Assembly (NCBI GenBank): GCA_002269645.1
Contig: NIVC01000200.1
Span: 729,167 to 793,166 of the forward strand
Origin: Macrostomum lignano
Lineage: Eukaryota
Length of the DNA stretch: 64,000 nt
Direction: 5' to 3'
Made by a program: the position numbers and the translations under genes. Below, one piece after another: positions 33,587-45,947 of this stretch (positions are counted from its first letter, which is position 1; the number at the start of each line of letters is the position of its first letter). The notes beneath the pieces are model-generated. The model made no database searches, was not told where the DNA came from, and saw nothing but the letters and a program-made list of their open reading frames with translations.

Positions 33587-36500
33587 ATTGCTATTGGTCT
33601 AGGGCCTATATCTATTGTATTTAGATGTTAACCTTGGCTTGCCTTTACTTATAAGATAAACCTGTCCTAGCATACATGCCCAATATCTGTCCAAACTAGA
33701 TGGGTGAAATAGCTACTAGCCAAGGTAAGTCACAAAATCAAAAACACAAAATATGAAAAATTGGAGGAGGAAAGGAGAGCAAAAGAAAGAAAAGAAAGGA
33801 GGAAAAAAAGAAAGAGGGAAAAAAGGAAAAAAGCAAAAAAGGCAAGAAAAGGCAAATACAAAGTGAAAATTGAGTTGCAATCAAGAGGAACTAAGTCATA
33901 ATTAGAAGGAACTAAGTTGCAATCAGGAGAAACTAAGTTGCAAATCTAAACAAAACTAAGTTGCACTGGATAGGTGAAATTTTGAAGTTAGGCTTAGGCA
34001 TAAATGAATCCTAGGCTTATTATAAGAATATAGAGACAAGTAGACCTAAGCAATTTTAAAAGGAATAGGGGCCTATCTTACATAATAAGTTATATTATAG
34101 TTTTATATTTGAATTTATATTCATTATGACTTTTGAGATAAAACTAGACAAGGTAAGTCATTATCAAAGAAAAATATAAAAGTTATATTTTAATTTTTTA
34201 TTTAGGCCTATTCATAGGCCCTATCAGATATAGAAATTTTCTTTTTATATAAGCATTACTAATACTAAGATCAGAAGGTCACAGCTCTAGATAGTTTATA
34301 TTGCTTAAAGTTAGAGTTCCACCATAGCTAGGCCTATAGATATAGCCAATGTTTGGTACAATATCATGTAGGCCACAATTAATTTATGCTAGTTAAAAGC
34401 CTTTTCTGTTAAGGCAATTGATGATACTCAAAAAATTATCAGTGAAACCAATATTCCAATATCCTTTCTGAAAAAATATCACCAATACCTGAAAGTTCAA
34501 TACCCAAATTAGATTAATTGGCAATACCCTAATTCCAATACTCTATTCCAATACCTGATTTTTGCAAAAAGAAATGTTTAACAAATAGAAAATGCATATA
34601 ATTTAAGCTTCTTAGAGTCAGACCTCCTTGGTTTTTCAAGCAAATAAAGCAAGCTTAGCATTGTTTTAAATGATAAAACCTTTTGCAGTAAAAAAATAAA
34701 ATTAATGAATGAAAACCAATAGTCACCACTATAGTCAATCATTAACTATTTACTAGCCCTTGTCTTTATACCTATTAGTACTATTATAGTTTTAGCATAG
34801 TATGGCTGCCTGTTAGTCTGCAATTGATGCATCTGCACACTTAACCTCAGCCTTGTTTTTTGGGTTAGGTACATTTACATGTATATATAGCCAGCTAGCC
34901 AGCTAGACCAAATGCTCTAAGCCAAGGTATAGGCTTTAAAGCCTTACTTCTGATTTGGATTTGGTAACACCTTGTCTCTCTGCTCTTTATACATGTAAAC
35001 CTCAGTAAATTGTGTCATTTCTCTTTCCTTTACTCAACTTTGCCTTATCCAATATATGTATATGCCTAAAATATTGCATTTATTTATTTATTCCCAACTA
35101 TTGACATGTATGCATCATTCACTAAATTTCTTATATGACTATAGTGTAGTACTCGTGTATATTTACTATCTTATAGAAATTGTAGAAACAAATAGCAATC
35201 AGTAGCTAAAAGTATTGGACTATTAGACTATCTGGAAAATTTGAAAATTGTATCGGAAGTTACCAAACTCTAATAGTATCAGAGTATTGAAATATCTGAA
35301 TTGTGCCTAACACTGGATATAGCTATAGTAAGTTATTGATATAGAGGTTTTTTGGCAAAGCATATAAATGTGGATCTAGGGTCCAGATTATGTAGTAGTT
35401 TATGCCACAACAATAATTCTATCTTGACAAAATGTATGCCAATATATGCCAAAAATGGAAAATATGCCTAAAATTTATACCAAAAAAGTTCTCTTAAAAA
35501 GTGATTTGGTTTTTACAAGTTGAGTTTCCTAGAAAAGGTTTATGTAAGGAAGTTCTTTTTAAAATAATATAAATATTCCAATTTTAAACAAAATTAATAA
35601 ATACCTTTAGAAATAATGCTGTGTAATTAAAGTTTTTAGCAATATTTTTACTCTTTTTCTGGGTTTTTTTGTCCATAGCTTGGGTTTGGCACCCTGTGCT
35701 AGATTTCAGGGTGCAATTTTCAAGACCAGGATGCTATTTGCTAGGGGTAGGACGTGATCACGATCGTGATCACGATATCGTGAATTCACGACCTTTTTCA
35801 GTGTCGTGAATTCACGAGTCGTGAAACATTTTTCACGTGCGTGATCGTGATTGTGGGTTTCTTTCAGCTTCAGATGTTACTATGTTTATACTTTTCAGTT
35901 CCCCAAACCACAATCGTGTACAGTCCTAAATGTAGACTTACTTGGTTTTTGTTTTTCTTTTCAAATACAACGAATGTGTTTTAACACAAAACTTACAGAA
36001 TAGAGTTTTCAGTTTACTTTACTTAGTTCAGAAAGTTCGAAGTTAAAGTGGATTTTCGAAGTTCAAAGCTTACTGCCTTATTCTTTTCAATCTTTTGTTT
36101 ATTTTGTAAAATGTAAAATTAAAACTGAAAAGCACTGAATGAAAATATAAATTGTATATATGTATGACTGTATATAAATTTCACTACATGATACGATGAT
36201 AGTACATGACATGTACAGACAAGTGTTTGTTAACTTGCTTAGCTGCCTACAGAACTGAAAACAGTGAAAAGTGAAAAACAGAAAAGCTTATCAGTGTATG
36301 AATATGAAGTATAAAAGAGTACATGTAGGTTTACTACTTTACTTTTACGTTCTACACATATAGTGTTATTACAATGACTAATTTAAGTCTAATCTATACT
36401 ATACTAGCTACATGCAAAAAATCATACTACAGAGTCTACAGACTACAGAGTACACAGCTACACACTATAGCAACAGTTATCTATTCCTTATCGATAAACT

Positions 36501-36654
36501 TTTTCTTGTAGCTCCAACTCTACTTGTTCTATAGTCTTTGATTATTTATTTTCTCTATCATTATCTTGTCTCTCTGATCTCAATCTTCAAAAAAGTAAAA
36601 CTAATCACTAATCAGCAATAACAGCAATGAATTGAATGGACCCTGCTCATTTCT

Positions 36655-37069
36655 CTATGGGTCAAACTTCCGAACATTATAGTTAATAAAAACAAGCTTT
36701 TCAACGGTTTCGCCAAGCAGGCGACGTCGTTTCGGCTCGTAGATGTTTCCAACGTTGCTGAAGATACGCTCACTTGGAACACTGGTAGGTGGTGGTCCCA
36801 GAAATTTCCGAACAAGTGCTGACATTGCAGTTGATGGAGTCTTGTCTCTCCAGAACTTCATTGGGTCTTCCTCAAATGGAAGTCGAGGCTCTGATAGGTA
36901 GGCTGCCATTTCACGAGCCAACTTGTCCATAGCATTGCCTCTGTTTGAAACTGGCAGTAGCGTTCCGGCCCTAGACAGGTCACGCAGAGTTGCAGCTGCA
37001 GCACTAGAAGTAGAAGACTTCTCGAACAGGGCTGACATAGATAGCTGCTGAGGCTGAGACTCAGTTTGT
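36655..37069 (-). CDS. hAT transposase exon 2 (C-terminal dimerisation domain)
   Basis: Acceptor TTTTTAG|A at 37070/37069, in frame with ORF 36655-37038. Contains EDPMKFW and PPTSVPSERIFS (catalytic Glu motif). Confidence 0.92.
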
Positions 37070-37229
37070 CTAAAAAGGTGAAATTAAAAGTTAAAAGTTA
37101 AAACAAAGAGAACTTTGATATATTAGTTATAAAATTTATAACTTACAGATGTAGCAAATGTAATTTATAATTTAATTTTTTTGTTACATGTACATGTACA
37201 TTGAATTATGAAATAGAGGAAATACTCAC

Positions 37230-38740
37230 GGCTCAGTTTCGATAGATACATCGGAGAGGTCCTCGTCTATGGCTGTATCGCCATCAACAGTAGGAAGAGA
37301 AGTTTCACGCAAAATTTCATTCATTGCTTTTACGAGCTCAGCCTTAGCAAAGTTGCGCTGCTCTTCATCGAAAAAATCTAGCCGGAAGCGTGGGTCTAAC
37401 ATCGTAGCAACAATGTGGTGGTGACTCTTTTTTTCGTCAGAGAAGCGTTGAGTCAACCCTTTCACCAGGTCGTCTCGAAGGTACGTGATGCCAAAGCAGT
37501 CTACCTGCTGCAGATGCTCCAGCGACACTTTCACCATCGGCAAGATACACGAGATGCTGGCAGTTTCCCTGCTGACTTCTAGCGTAAAAACCTCAAAAAT
37601 CTCAAGAAGTTTGACAGCTTTCTTTGAAACATCTGACTCATTGTCCGTCAGGATTTCAATTGGTCGGTGTCTGGTGCGATAGACACTAAACGCTTCCTCT
37701 TGCTCGTTGATTCGGCGTAACATGGCTAGTGTTGAATTCCAGCGTGTGTCTACATCTTGCACGAGGCTGTGTGTTGGTAGCTTCAGCTGGAGCTGCAGTG
37801 TTTTGAGGTTTGCTTGAGCGGTTACAGAGTGGTGGAAGTGGCCAACAATGCTCCGTGCTTTGTCAAGTATTGTCTTCAGTCCTCGATGACCGGAGATGGA
37901 ATCCTTAACAACAAGGTTCAGCTTGTGGGCAGCACAATGGGCAGATGGTACTTTCAGAAGTTCTCCTGCAAGCTTCATGTTGCTGGCCCCATCACGCAGG
38001 AGGAGGCTGACTTGCTCTAAGCCAATGCCCCACTCACCAAGGGTTGTCGAAAAAACGGCCGAGATGTTAAGCCCAGTATGGGCATCAGTGAATGGCTTTA
38101 CGCACAGTAAAAGCTGCTTACGCTCAAAATCTGGCGTGATAGAATGGATTGTGAAGGACATGAGTGCCAACTGGCCGTCACTCCACAAGTCACACGTGAA
38201 ACCGAAATCTCGCAGTCTGTCTATTTCGTCCTGGACCTGCAATTTAATTTCTTCATAGAGAGTCTCTAGCTTGTCATGATAAAATCGAGTGCTCTTCAAT
38301 CGATATTGCGGACATGCTTCTTTCAACAGATCGCGAAAGCCTTCACCTTCTACCACAGAGAATGGCTGTGAATCCAACACAATAAAGCGGAGAATTTTTC
38401 GATCAATTGCAACCGAACGAGGGTGCGAATCCGACCATTCTTGAGCATTTGCTTGAGCAAACATTGTGCTCAACTTCTGCTGCTTCAATGGTTGTGGTCC
38501 ATCTTTACATTTTGGCTTTGCACGATCTGCCTCAGTGTTTAGGAGCTCTTTGAATTGAATTGGATGGCAGGATTCTATGTGTCTTCGCATGCTGCCTGTT
38601 GATCCTGTGTTTCGTAGAACCTCCTTCTTACAAGCTAGGCAAGCAGCAGAATTCTCTTTTCCTTCAACGTCTTTAAAGTACAACCACACAGCACTGCCTC
38701 TTCCTCGAGGTTGCTGGGTTGGCTTATCAACAGAGGCCAT
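37230..38740 (-). CDS. hAT transposase exon 1 (BED zinc finger + DDE core; Ac/ZBED-type; 641 aa after splicing)
   Basis: SAVWLYF, CLAC...RRHIESCH (BED finger), FTCDLW (D1), RDGASNM (D2), HCAAHKL (CxxH), TRWNST. Donor CC|GTGAGT at 37230/37229 (phase 2), 160-nt intron. Confidence 0.95.
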
Positions 38741-40624
38741 TGCAAATGAATGGCTGAAATTGTTTGATTTGTAAATTGTAAATTGTAATGTAATATTGTG
38801 TAATTGCCTATTTTAATTTGCTAGGTAGAAAAGCAAAGAAAAAACAAGTATTATATTATTTTAAATTAAAATATTTATTTATATTTTAAATAAAATATTG
38901 CATAGTATAGCAGTATAGTGTAAATGTAAAGTCACTACAGACTTTAAAGTCAAATAGGCTAGAAAAAAATATTTTTAGACTAACCATATAGATTAGAAAT
39001 ATACTACTATGCATCAGGCAATCAGGCATACATATTCAATATACCAGTGTACCACATGATAGTACTAGTACATAATAGTTAATACTATATTGAATATTGA
39101 ATATTATTCATTATTCAATTCAATTCAAGAAGAAAAAGTATTTAATATTTGTGTTTGACTATTATTATTACTATTAACAAATGACAATAACAATAGCAAA
39201 TAACAATTTAATTTAGCATATCCATCAAGTATATTTGCTACTTAGTACTTAGACTTAGTCAACCTTAATTTTTAATTTACAGCAATTTATTTTAGTAAAA
39301 AATACTATGCTTATATATTAAAAATTATTAGTTATAAATTATAATTACTAAATAACTATTAGACAATCAGATTATAAAATTATGCTCTAGTATCTACTAT
39401 CTATCTGTATAGTATCTAATCTATTTATACATTATTATAGCATAAAAATAATAAGAAGAAAGAAAAACTCAAATATGCAAATTCATGATCAAAATGAAAT
39501 GAAATTTTTGTTTTAACTATTTATTTAATACTAAATTCTAAAATAGTAATAGTAGCAAATACTACTTTTAAATTAAAAATTTAAAAATAAAAATACTAAA
39601 TAGTTACAGCTTTCAGCTTAGTTTGAGCTTTGAGAAAGCCAAAAAGCAACACAAATGTCTAAGAAGTAAGAACTTCTTACTTCTCAGCCAGACTCTGAGT
39701 TCCTTCTCAACCAGAGAAGAAAGCCAGATGGGCAGATGCAGATGGTATAAGCTGATGGTATAGAAGCACTTAAAAATAGAATCAAACACATTAACTGATA
39801 GAAAAATTCAAATTTGAAGAAAAAAAAACAAAATTTGAACGGAAATTTTTTACTTTTAATTTTTCACGAACCAATCACGATCACGATCACGATCACGGCA
39901 AAGCTGAAATTATTCACGACTACTCACGCCCGACCCAAAAATTTTTGCTCGTCCGACCTCTACTATTTGCACCTATTTGCACAAAAAAACCTAGGCTGTC
40001 CACCATTCAGTGTTCAATTCATCAGGTTCTGCTTACCAAAGTTTAATTGACAGTTGAAAATTCCTTAAATTACATTAATTAAGAATTCAAAAAATTACTG
40101 GCTAATTCTAAGAATACAAAGTTACAGACTTAAGACATCTATAACACTAAATTTTTAAATCTGCATCACATCTTTGCAAAAAATTTCCAGACCAGGATGC
40201 TGTTTGCACCCTTTGCACAAAAAACCCAGCTTTTTTAATTAATGTTATTTATAAGAAGCCAAAATTTATAATTGACTTTTAAGAATGAATGAATTTTTGT
40301 CTATTTTATATAAAAACATTTATTTTCATCAAAATTGTCATGTGCAGCATAAATTTGTATGCCAAACAATCTGCATGAATTTATATGCCAAAATTTATAC
40401 ACCAACTTTGAAAGAGATCAGTTGTATGCTAGAATTTTCTGGCATATATTTAATCTTCTGGAGTCTAGATTTCAATAGGCCTATGACTATATAGTTATGA
40501 GAACTTGTACTTTACATATCTAATAATATTATCTACTTAACTGAGAATTGACAGGCCATTGGGGTTATTGATTTGATAGAGTTAGGATAATATAAATAAA
40601 TGAATATTGTCAATTTTAAATCAA

Positions 40625-42410
40625 ACTGAGAGGAACTCTTAAGTTCCTGGAATTTCATTGTCAATGCCATCTCTATGGTGTGGTTGGGTAATAAAGGCTA
40701 AAGTTAAGATGAATGTTTTCACTTTCAAAGGGGAGCTCTTAAGTACCTGCATGGATTTGGAGACTAAGCAACAGAGTTTCAATGCTATATGCATGCTGCA
40801 TTGTTAGGTGATGGGGAGACTAACTAAAGTTAAGATGTATATTTTCACTTTCAATGCAGAGGAGCTCTTCAGTCCCTAGGGTTAAGGACTAAAAACAATG
40901 GAGTTTTAATTCCTTGTGCTTATTGAGGTTAGGTGGTAGAATAAAGTTAAGATGAATGTTTTCATTCTCAATGTGAGGGTTGAGGGGAGCTCTTAACCCG
41001 CTGGGATGCAACTCCAACATTTTGCAATCTGTTGGTTCAATTTTGGACCGAAATTAACACAAAATTTACTTTTGGTCCAACTTTGAACCATTTAAAACAC
41101 AATTTTTGTCATCTAAAAAGTTGTCTGGCTGTCTGAGATTTTTTGTACCAATTTTTGCATGACTGAAACCCGATTTTTTCAAACATTTATCAGATTTAAA
41201 AGATTTATTAAACATAGGTGTAATTGTAGGAATATTAAAACTTATGGCAGAAATTTTTGTTGAAATTTATTATAAAAAGTCCATCTCAATGGGGTGCTTT
41301 TGTAGAAATCAGGTGCTAGAAAAACCGTACTCAAGCCTGAGCTGCCTGGCAGCTATTAGATTATATTAGATTAGAGGATTATATACATTTATACTATAGA
41401 TTAGAGACAAAAGATAAAATTGGATATATAGGACCAATGAATTTAGAATGATAAAGTGAGATCAAAGAGCATATACTAGCAATAAGATTAGATACTAAGA
41501 CCAGAGACATGATTTAATCTCTCATGATGTGCCACATTAGCAGTTGCCAATTGTATCGTAATGTAGCTCATATAAATAAACATATAAAATAATATACTCT
41601 ACCATTTGCAAATGGTACTCTACTGTCCATAGAGACAGTTTAATATACTGCATACTTGAGATAAGAAATTGAGCGCGTAACTGAGTGTAGCTTTCAGTGT
41701 GTTTCTATTGATTCAAGAAAAATATAGTTTAAGGCTTAAAGTCGAACTGATTGCTGTCAATGAGAATTGTTGAAAATCAACCCTACCAAATCAGGAAAAA
41801 TTAGGCTTAAAGTTGAACCAATTGCTGTTGATGAGAATCATTGAAAGCAGTTTGTTTTTATCTACAAGTAAAGTGATAGATGAATGTTGGAGTTATTTCG
41901 AGCAAAAGTCTGAGTTGTCATTATGGTTTGCACTGAAAATCAGCGAGTCAGCAATGAATTTGGTTTGATTTTGAGGGATCAAATCAACAAAATAGGGCTA
42001 ATGTCAGGTTAAAGATAAATTTCAAATCGTTTTTCCTCTGTTTTTTATCATTGGAAGTCTGACAAAGATGAAAATTGTATATAAATCGTGTTGTTTTGTG
42101 TCAGTCGACTGTCGGGCGAAAATCTGAGTTGCATCCCAGCGGGAAGTTCCTAGAATTGTAGACTCAAGCAACAAAGACAGAAATTTTTGACACTACATAC
42201 ACATTGAGGTTGGAATAAGGGGGGGGGGGTTAAAGTTAGATATGTTTTCACTTTCAATACAAGGGGGCTTGTAAGTCCCTTGGGTCAGGGACTCAAACAA
42301 CACATTTTTCACACTACATGCACATTGTGGTTAAGATGGTTGGGGGCTAAAGTTAAGGTGAATTCAGCCAAAATGGAAGATACTAGCATCTGCCACTATC
42401 AAAGGGGGCT
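40625..42410. repeat. Diverged tandem repeat of about 105-130 bp (5-6 units) interrupted by a transposon insertion
   Basis: Recurrent GAGCTCTTAAGT.CCT and TAAAGTTAAGATG..TGTTTTCACTTTCAA motifs at about 40630, 40735, 40862, 40987/42144, 42265. Confidence 0.75.
40997..42143. mobile_element. Non-autonomous TIR element (1147 bp) with CCC termini and a 2-bp AA TSD, CMC/EnSpm-like
   Basis: Perfect 18-bp TIR CCCGCTGGGATGCAACTC / GAGTTGCATCCCAGCGGG. Removing the element and one AA restores CTCTTAAGTTCCT, as in the neighbouring unit at about 40636. Confidence 0.82.
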
Positions 42411-43339
42411 CGATTGCAAAGGAGGCTTGGAAACCAACTAGATTATTTTAGTTATTCAAACAATAAAGAGAGAAAGAAGAGAGAAAAGAGGGAGAAAATA
42501 GTGAGAAAAGGAAAAAGAAAAGTGGGGAAAAAAGACAGAAGAGAAGGGATACAAAAGACAAGAAGGAAGAGAGGTTGTTTGCCCTTGGCCTCAACTGCGC
42601 ATTCTCTGCACCTTAAGTACTAGCACTTCATATAGCAGCTAAAGGCAGCAGGCCTCTGACTAGATAACATGGCTAGCTGGGAAGTCTTTAATGGTCTTTC
42701 ACTGTTTTTCTAGAGCAGAGAAAGTCAAAGATCAGGTTGTTTCTTCTGCATTCTAAAATTGGCCTTACTATATACTTTTAAATGGTATCAAAACAAATCT
42801 ATTCATAGAACACTTTTTTAAAAATATTATAATAAAACTAATTTGACTATAATTTCAAAATAATCAAAGTAATGTTTAAGAAATGGATATGTACTCATAA
42901 CTAAATACACTATATTGCATGTTAGCAGTTTCCCATAGGCCATTGTCAACTACTGCCATTAGAAATAGAAAACAAATAGTTTTATTTGCCCTCTCCAATT
43001 ATTGTTTTGCAAGCTTATAAAAACCTGCAAGATTGTATATAGAAAATTCTAGACTAGGCCTGATCAGACTCTGATCTGACCAGGTGATAAATTAGGCAAA
43101 GTATGTTTATTACAAAAAAAATTAAATTCCATACAGAGCTAAGCTGTAATGCAAAAAGGCTCTTTAAATACCAATATGTTGCATTTCGGTGGAAACTTAA
43201 GTTTGTATGTACCTAACTAAAGCATCCTGTAGACTTTGTTGTAATTACATTGAAAACTATGCAGCTCCATTATTTTAATTATGATCATTGCACTTGCAGG
43301 TATAAATAAACACACAAGTACACATCCAGCTAAGCTCAA

Positions 43340-43701
43340 ATGCGCGTTATCAGTCACACTTCCTCAACTACTGACCGTCGTAATGGCGGCAGTGGCAGTG
43401 CAAATGCCGTATCAGATACCGAATCATCTGTCCAGGTGATCCACTCGGACATCACGGTGCACACAATGAGTCTGGAGTGGCGCATTGCCCAATGGAATTT
43501 TCACAACTATAAAGACCGATGCTTTGAGTCCGATGCTTTCTACGCTAACAATGTGCCAGATTTTGCTTTCAAAATGTATCTAAAAGAGAAACGGGAAGAG
43601 GCTGCCACATCCTTCTTTGGATTGTTCCTGATGGTTGCTGAGTATGGCGAAGTCAAGGAGGTGTCCGTTCGATTTGGCTTTGAGATCGAATTAGATAATG
43701 G
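43340..43701 (+). CDS. MATH-BTB (SPOP/TDPOZ/roadkill-like) cullin-3 adaptor, exon 1 (model 43340-43701, 44304-44913, 45645-45947; 424 aa)
   Basis: ATG at 43340 after an upstream acceptor (TTGCAG|43300). MATH-like LEWRIAQW, FESDAF, FKMYL, FGLFL, VSVRFGFEI. Donor GG|GTGAGT (phase 2). Confidence 0.82.
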
Positions 43702-43956
43702 GTGAGTAAAATAAGCAAAAACTATTGTGTTTACTGTTAGTAGGCTGAGATGCAATTTTTGTTTGCGATTTCATGCCACCATTAAGGCCAGCCCCGATGT
43801 TCAGTGTGTGCACTGTCTAACGATAAAAGTCGGGGCCGCTGTGCACCCTATGTGAGCGTGTGTGTGCTCAGAAGTCATCGGAATTACACCTACCCTGGAC
43901 CTACCCCATTAGGGTAGGTGTAATCAAATATTTTTATTATAGCTAACTAACAAACC

Positions 43957-44268
43957 AATAATAATAATAATTGCTTACACCTGCCCCACTTGGGGCAGAT
44001 GTGCAACCGACAGCTCAGTCGCAGCTATTGCGCGGCGCATCTGAAGGCTGCGTACGGCTGTTCAGTCCAAGGACTAAGGGGGTGGGTCGCCACACACACC
44101 CTCAATTACCCCAGCTAATGCTGGCACCCATTTTACAGCTGGGTGAACTGAAGCAGTGTAGAGTGAAGTGTCTTACTCAAGCACACAAATTGTTCCAGTG
44201 GGATCGGTAATCGAACCCCCGACCTTTCAGTCGTGAGTCCCTAGGCTATAACCCTAGACTACTAGCTA
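43957..44268 (-). mobile_element. tRNA-derived SINE (CORE-like central domain), copy 1
   Basis: The reverse strand has a B box GGTTCGATTA, CORE-like CTTCAGTTCACCCAGCTGTAAAATGGG, a 3-prime stem-loop and an (ATT)n tail. It is homologous to 48878-49173. Confidence 0.8.
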
Positions 44269-44303
44269 AGTAGTAAAACCCAATCCCTCTCTCTCTCTCT
44301 CAG

Positions 44304-44913
44304 GTCAAAGATCGGCGACCTCAGCAACCGCAACCGGCACATCACCAGCCGGGACAACAACAGCTACCGCGGCTTCGGTCACGCCAGGTTCGCCCAACGC
44401 CTGATGCTGGAGAGTAGCGAAAATCTCATTGTCCGAGCTCACGTTGAATTCTCCATTGAAGAGACCGTGTCAGCCGATCCGTCCACCAATTCCGAGCGTC
44501 AGTGTCACAGCTGTCAGCAGTGCCAGAATCCGCGGCTCCATCTCTGCCCATCAGTCCGGCCGTGCAGTCCAACAGCAGCTGACGGTCCGGACGCCGATCA
44601 GGTGTACTATCAAATGGAGGCCTGCGACTTTAGCGGCCTACTTGTTGATGGTTCATTCTCCGATCTGAGGATACTGGCCCCAGGCGATACCGTGATTAAA
44701 GTGCACAAGTGCGTACTGTGCGTCCGCAGCGAGGTGTTCGCCGCTATGATCTCGAATTCTTGTAAAGAATCAACTGAATCAGAGATTGTCATTGATAGTT
44801 TCTCGGTGGAAACTATTCGTCTGTTCTTTGTGTACTTGTACGGCGGTAGGATTAGCAGGACCGAGCTGCAGGACCGAGCTCTCGAACTGATGAAGATGGC
44901 CCACCTGTATCAG
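44304..44913 (+). CDS. MATH-BTB protein exon 2 (end of MATH, linker, BTB/POZ domain)
   Basis: Acceptor (CT)nCAG|G. SDLRIL, IKVHKCVLCVRSEVFAAM, ESTESEIVIDSFSVETIRLFFVYLYGG, LMKMAHLYQ are canonical BTB motifs. Donor CAG|GTCAGT. Confidence 0.9.
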
Positions 44914-44994
44914 GTCAGTGTACAGTGTGGTATGTTGATTTTAAATAGTCCCCTTTCTGCCAATTACGAACCCTGTCAATCACCTGGCAACCAG

Positions 44995-45540
44995 ACACTC
45001 CTAGTTTGTCACTCAGACACCTCTAGTCTGTCACTCAGACACCTCTAGTCTGTCACTCAGACACCTCTAGTCTGTCACTCAGACACCTCTAGTCTGTCAC
45101 TCAGACACCCCTAATCTGTCGCTCAGACACCCCTAATCTGTCACTCAGACACCTCTAGTCTGTCACTCAGACACCCCTAATCTGTCACTTAAACACCCCC
45201 TAATCTGTCACTCAGACACCCCTAATCTGTCGCTCAGACACCCCTAATCTGTCACTCAGACACCTCTAGTCTGTCACTCAGACACCCCTAATCTGTCACT
45301 CAGACACCCCTAGTCTGTCACTCAGACACCTCTAGTCTGTCACTCAGACACCTCTAGTCTGTCACTCAGACACCTCTAGTCTGTCACTCAGACACCCCTA
45401 ATCTGTCACTCAGACACCTCTAGTCTGTCACCCCTAAACTGTTATTTAAATACCCCTAACCTGTCACTTAAACACCCCTAATCTGTCACTTAGACAACCT
45501 TAATCTGTCACTCAGACACCCCTAATCTGTCTGTCACTTT
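44995..45540. repeat. 22-bp minisatellite (CTAGTCTGTCACTCAGACACCT)n in intron 2 of the MATH-BTB gene
   Basis: Directly visible; each unit contains a GTCTG-N5-CAGAC mini-hairpin. Confidence 0.95.
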
Positions 45541-45644
45541 CCCACCCTTATCTGTTACTCAGTCAGCCACTCAACCCAACAATCCTGCAGATATTCGGGT
45601 CACTTAGCACACAAGCAAAACTCGAATATCTCGAACTGTTGCAG

Positions 45645-45947
45645 GTGAAATCCCTAATCGAACTGTGCTCTCAACGGTTGTCCTATTCGCTAAACTCGGA
45701 TAATTTAATCAGCTGCATTCGCATCGCCTGGCTGTACGATTGCGAAATCTTGAAATCCGCCTGTATCCGGTGCATTCGCGACTGTCCCGACGGCGTCCTG
45801 GCCACCGCTGAGTGGTTGGACTTCACCAGAGAGAGCCCGGACACCAGCGTTGAGCTGATGCGGCAGGTGCTCAAACGGAAGAATCGCTATTCGTCATCTT
45901 ACGAGTCTGGCGGTCCGTCATCGAAGCTGAAGAAATGCAGCCTGTAA
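45645..45947 (+). CDS. MATH-BTB protein exon 3 (BACK-like region, basic C-terminal NLS-like tail)
   Basis: Acceptor TTGCAG|GTG (phase 0). VKSLIELCSQRL, AWLYDCEILKSACIRCI, W..F...P...ELM pattern as in SPOP; ends KRKNR...KLKKCSL-stop. Confidence 0.88.
   Translation: MKSLIELCSQRLSYSLNSDNLISCIRIAWLYDCEILKSACIRCIRDCPDGVLATAEWLDFTRESPDTSVELMRQVLKRKNRYSSSYESGGPSSKLKKCSL

Larger units (their letters stand above)
35742..39962 (-). mobile_element. Full-length autonomous-looking hAT DNA transposon, 4221 bp
   Basis: Perfect 8-bp TSD CTATTTGC (35734-41 and 39963-70). Imperfect TIRs TAGGGGTAGGACG / CGTCCGACCTCTA. Dense subterminal TCACGA/TCGTGA repeats at both ends. Internal spliced transposase gene. Confidence 0.95.

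Noticed and set aside
35377-40467. Larger host element enclosing the hAT (TAGGGTCCAGA / TCTGGAGTCTA ends, TATGCC motifs)
   Set aside because: The termini match at only 9/11, there is no TSD, and most TATGCC motifs are in the same orientation at both ends; boundaries are not supportable.
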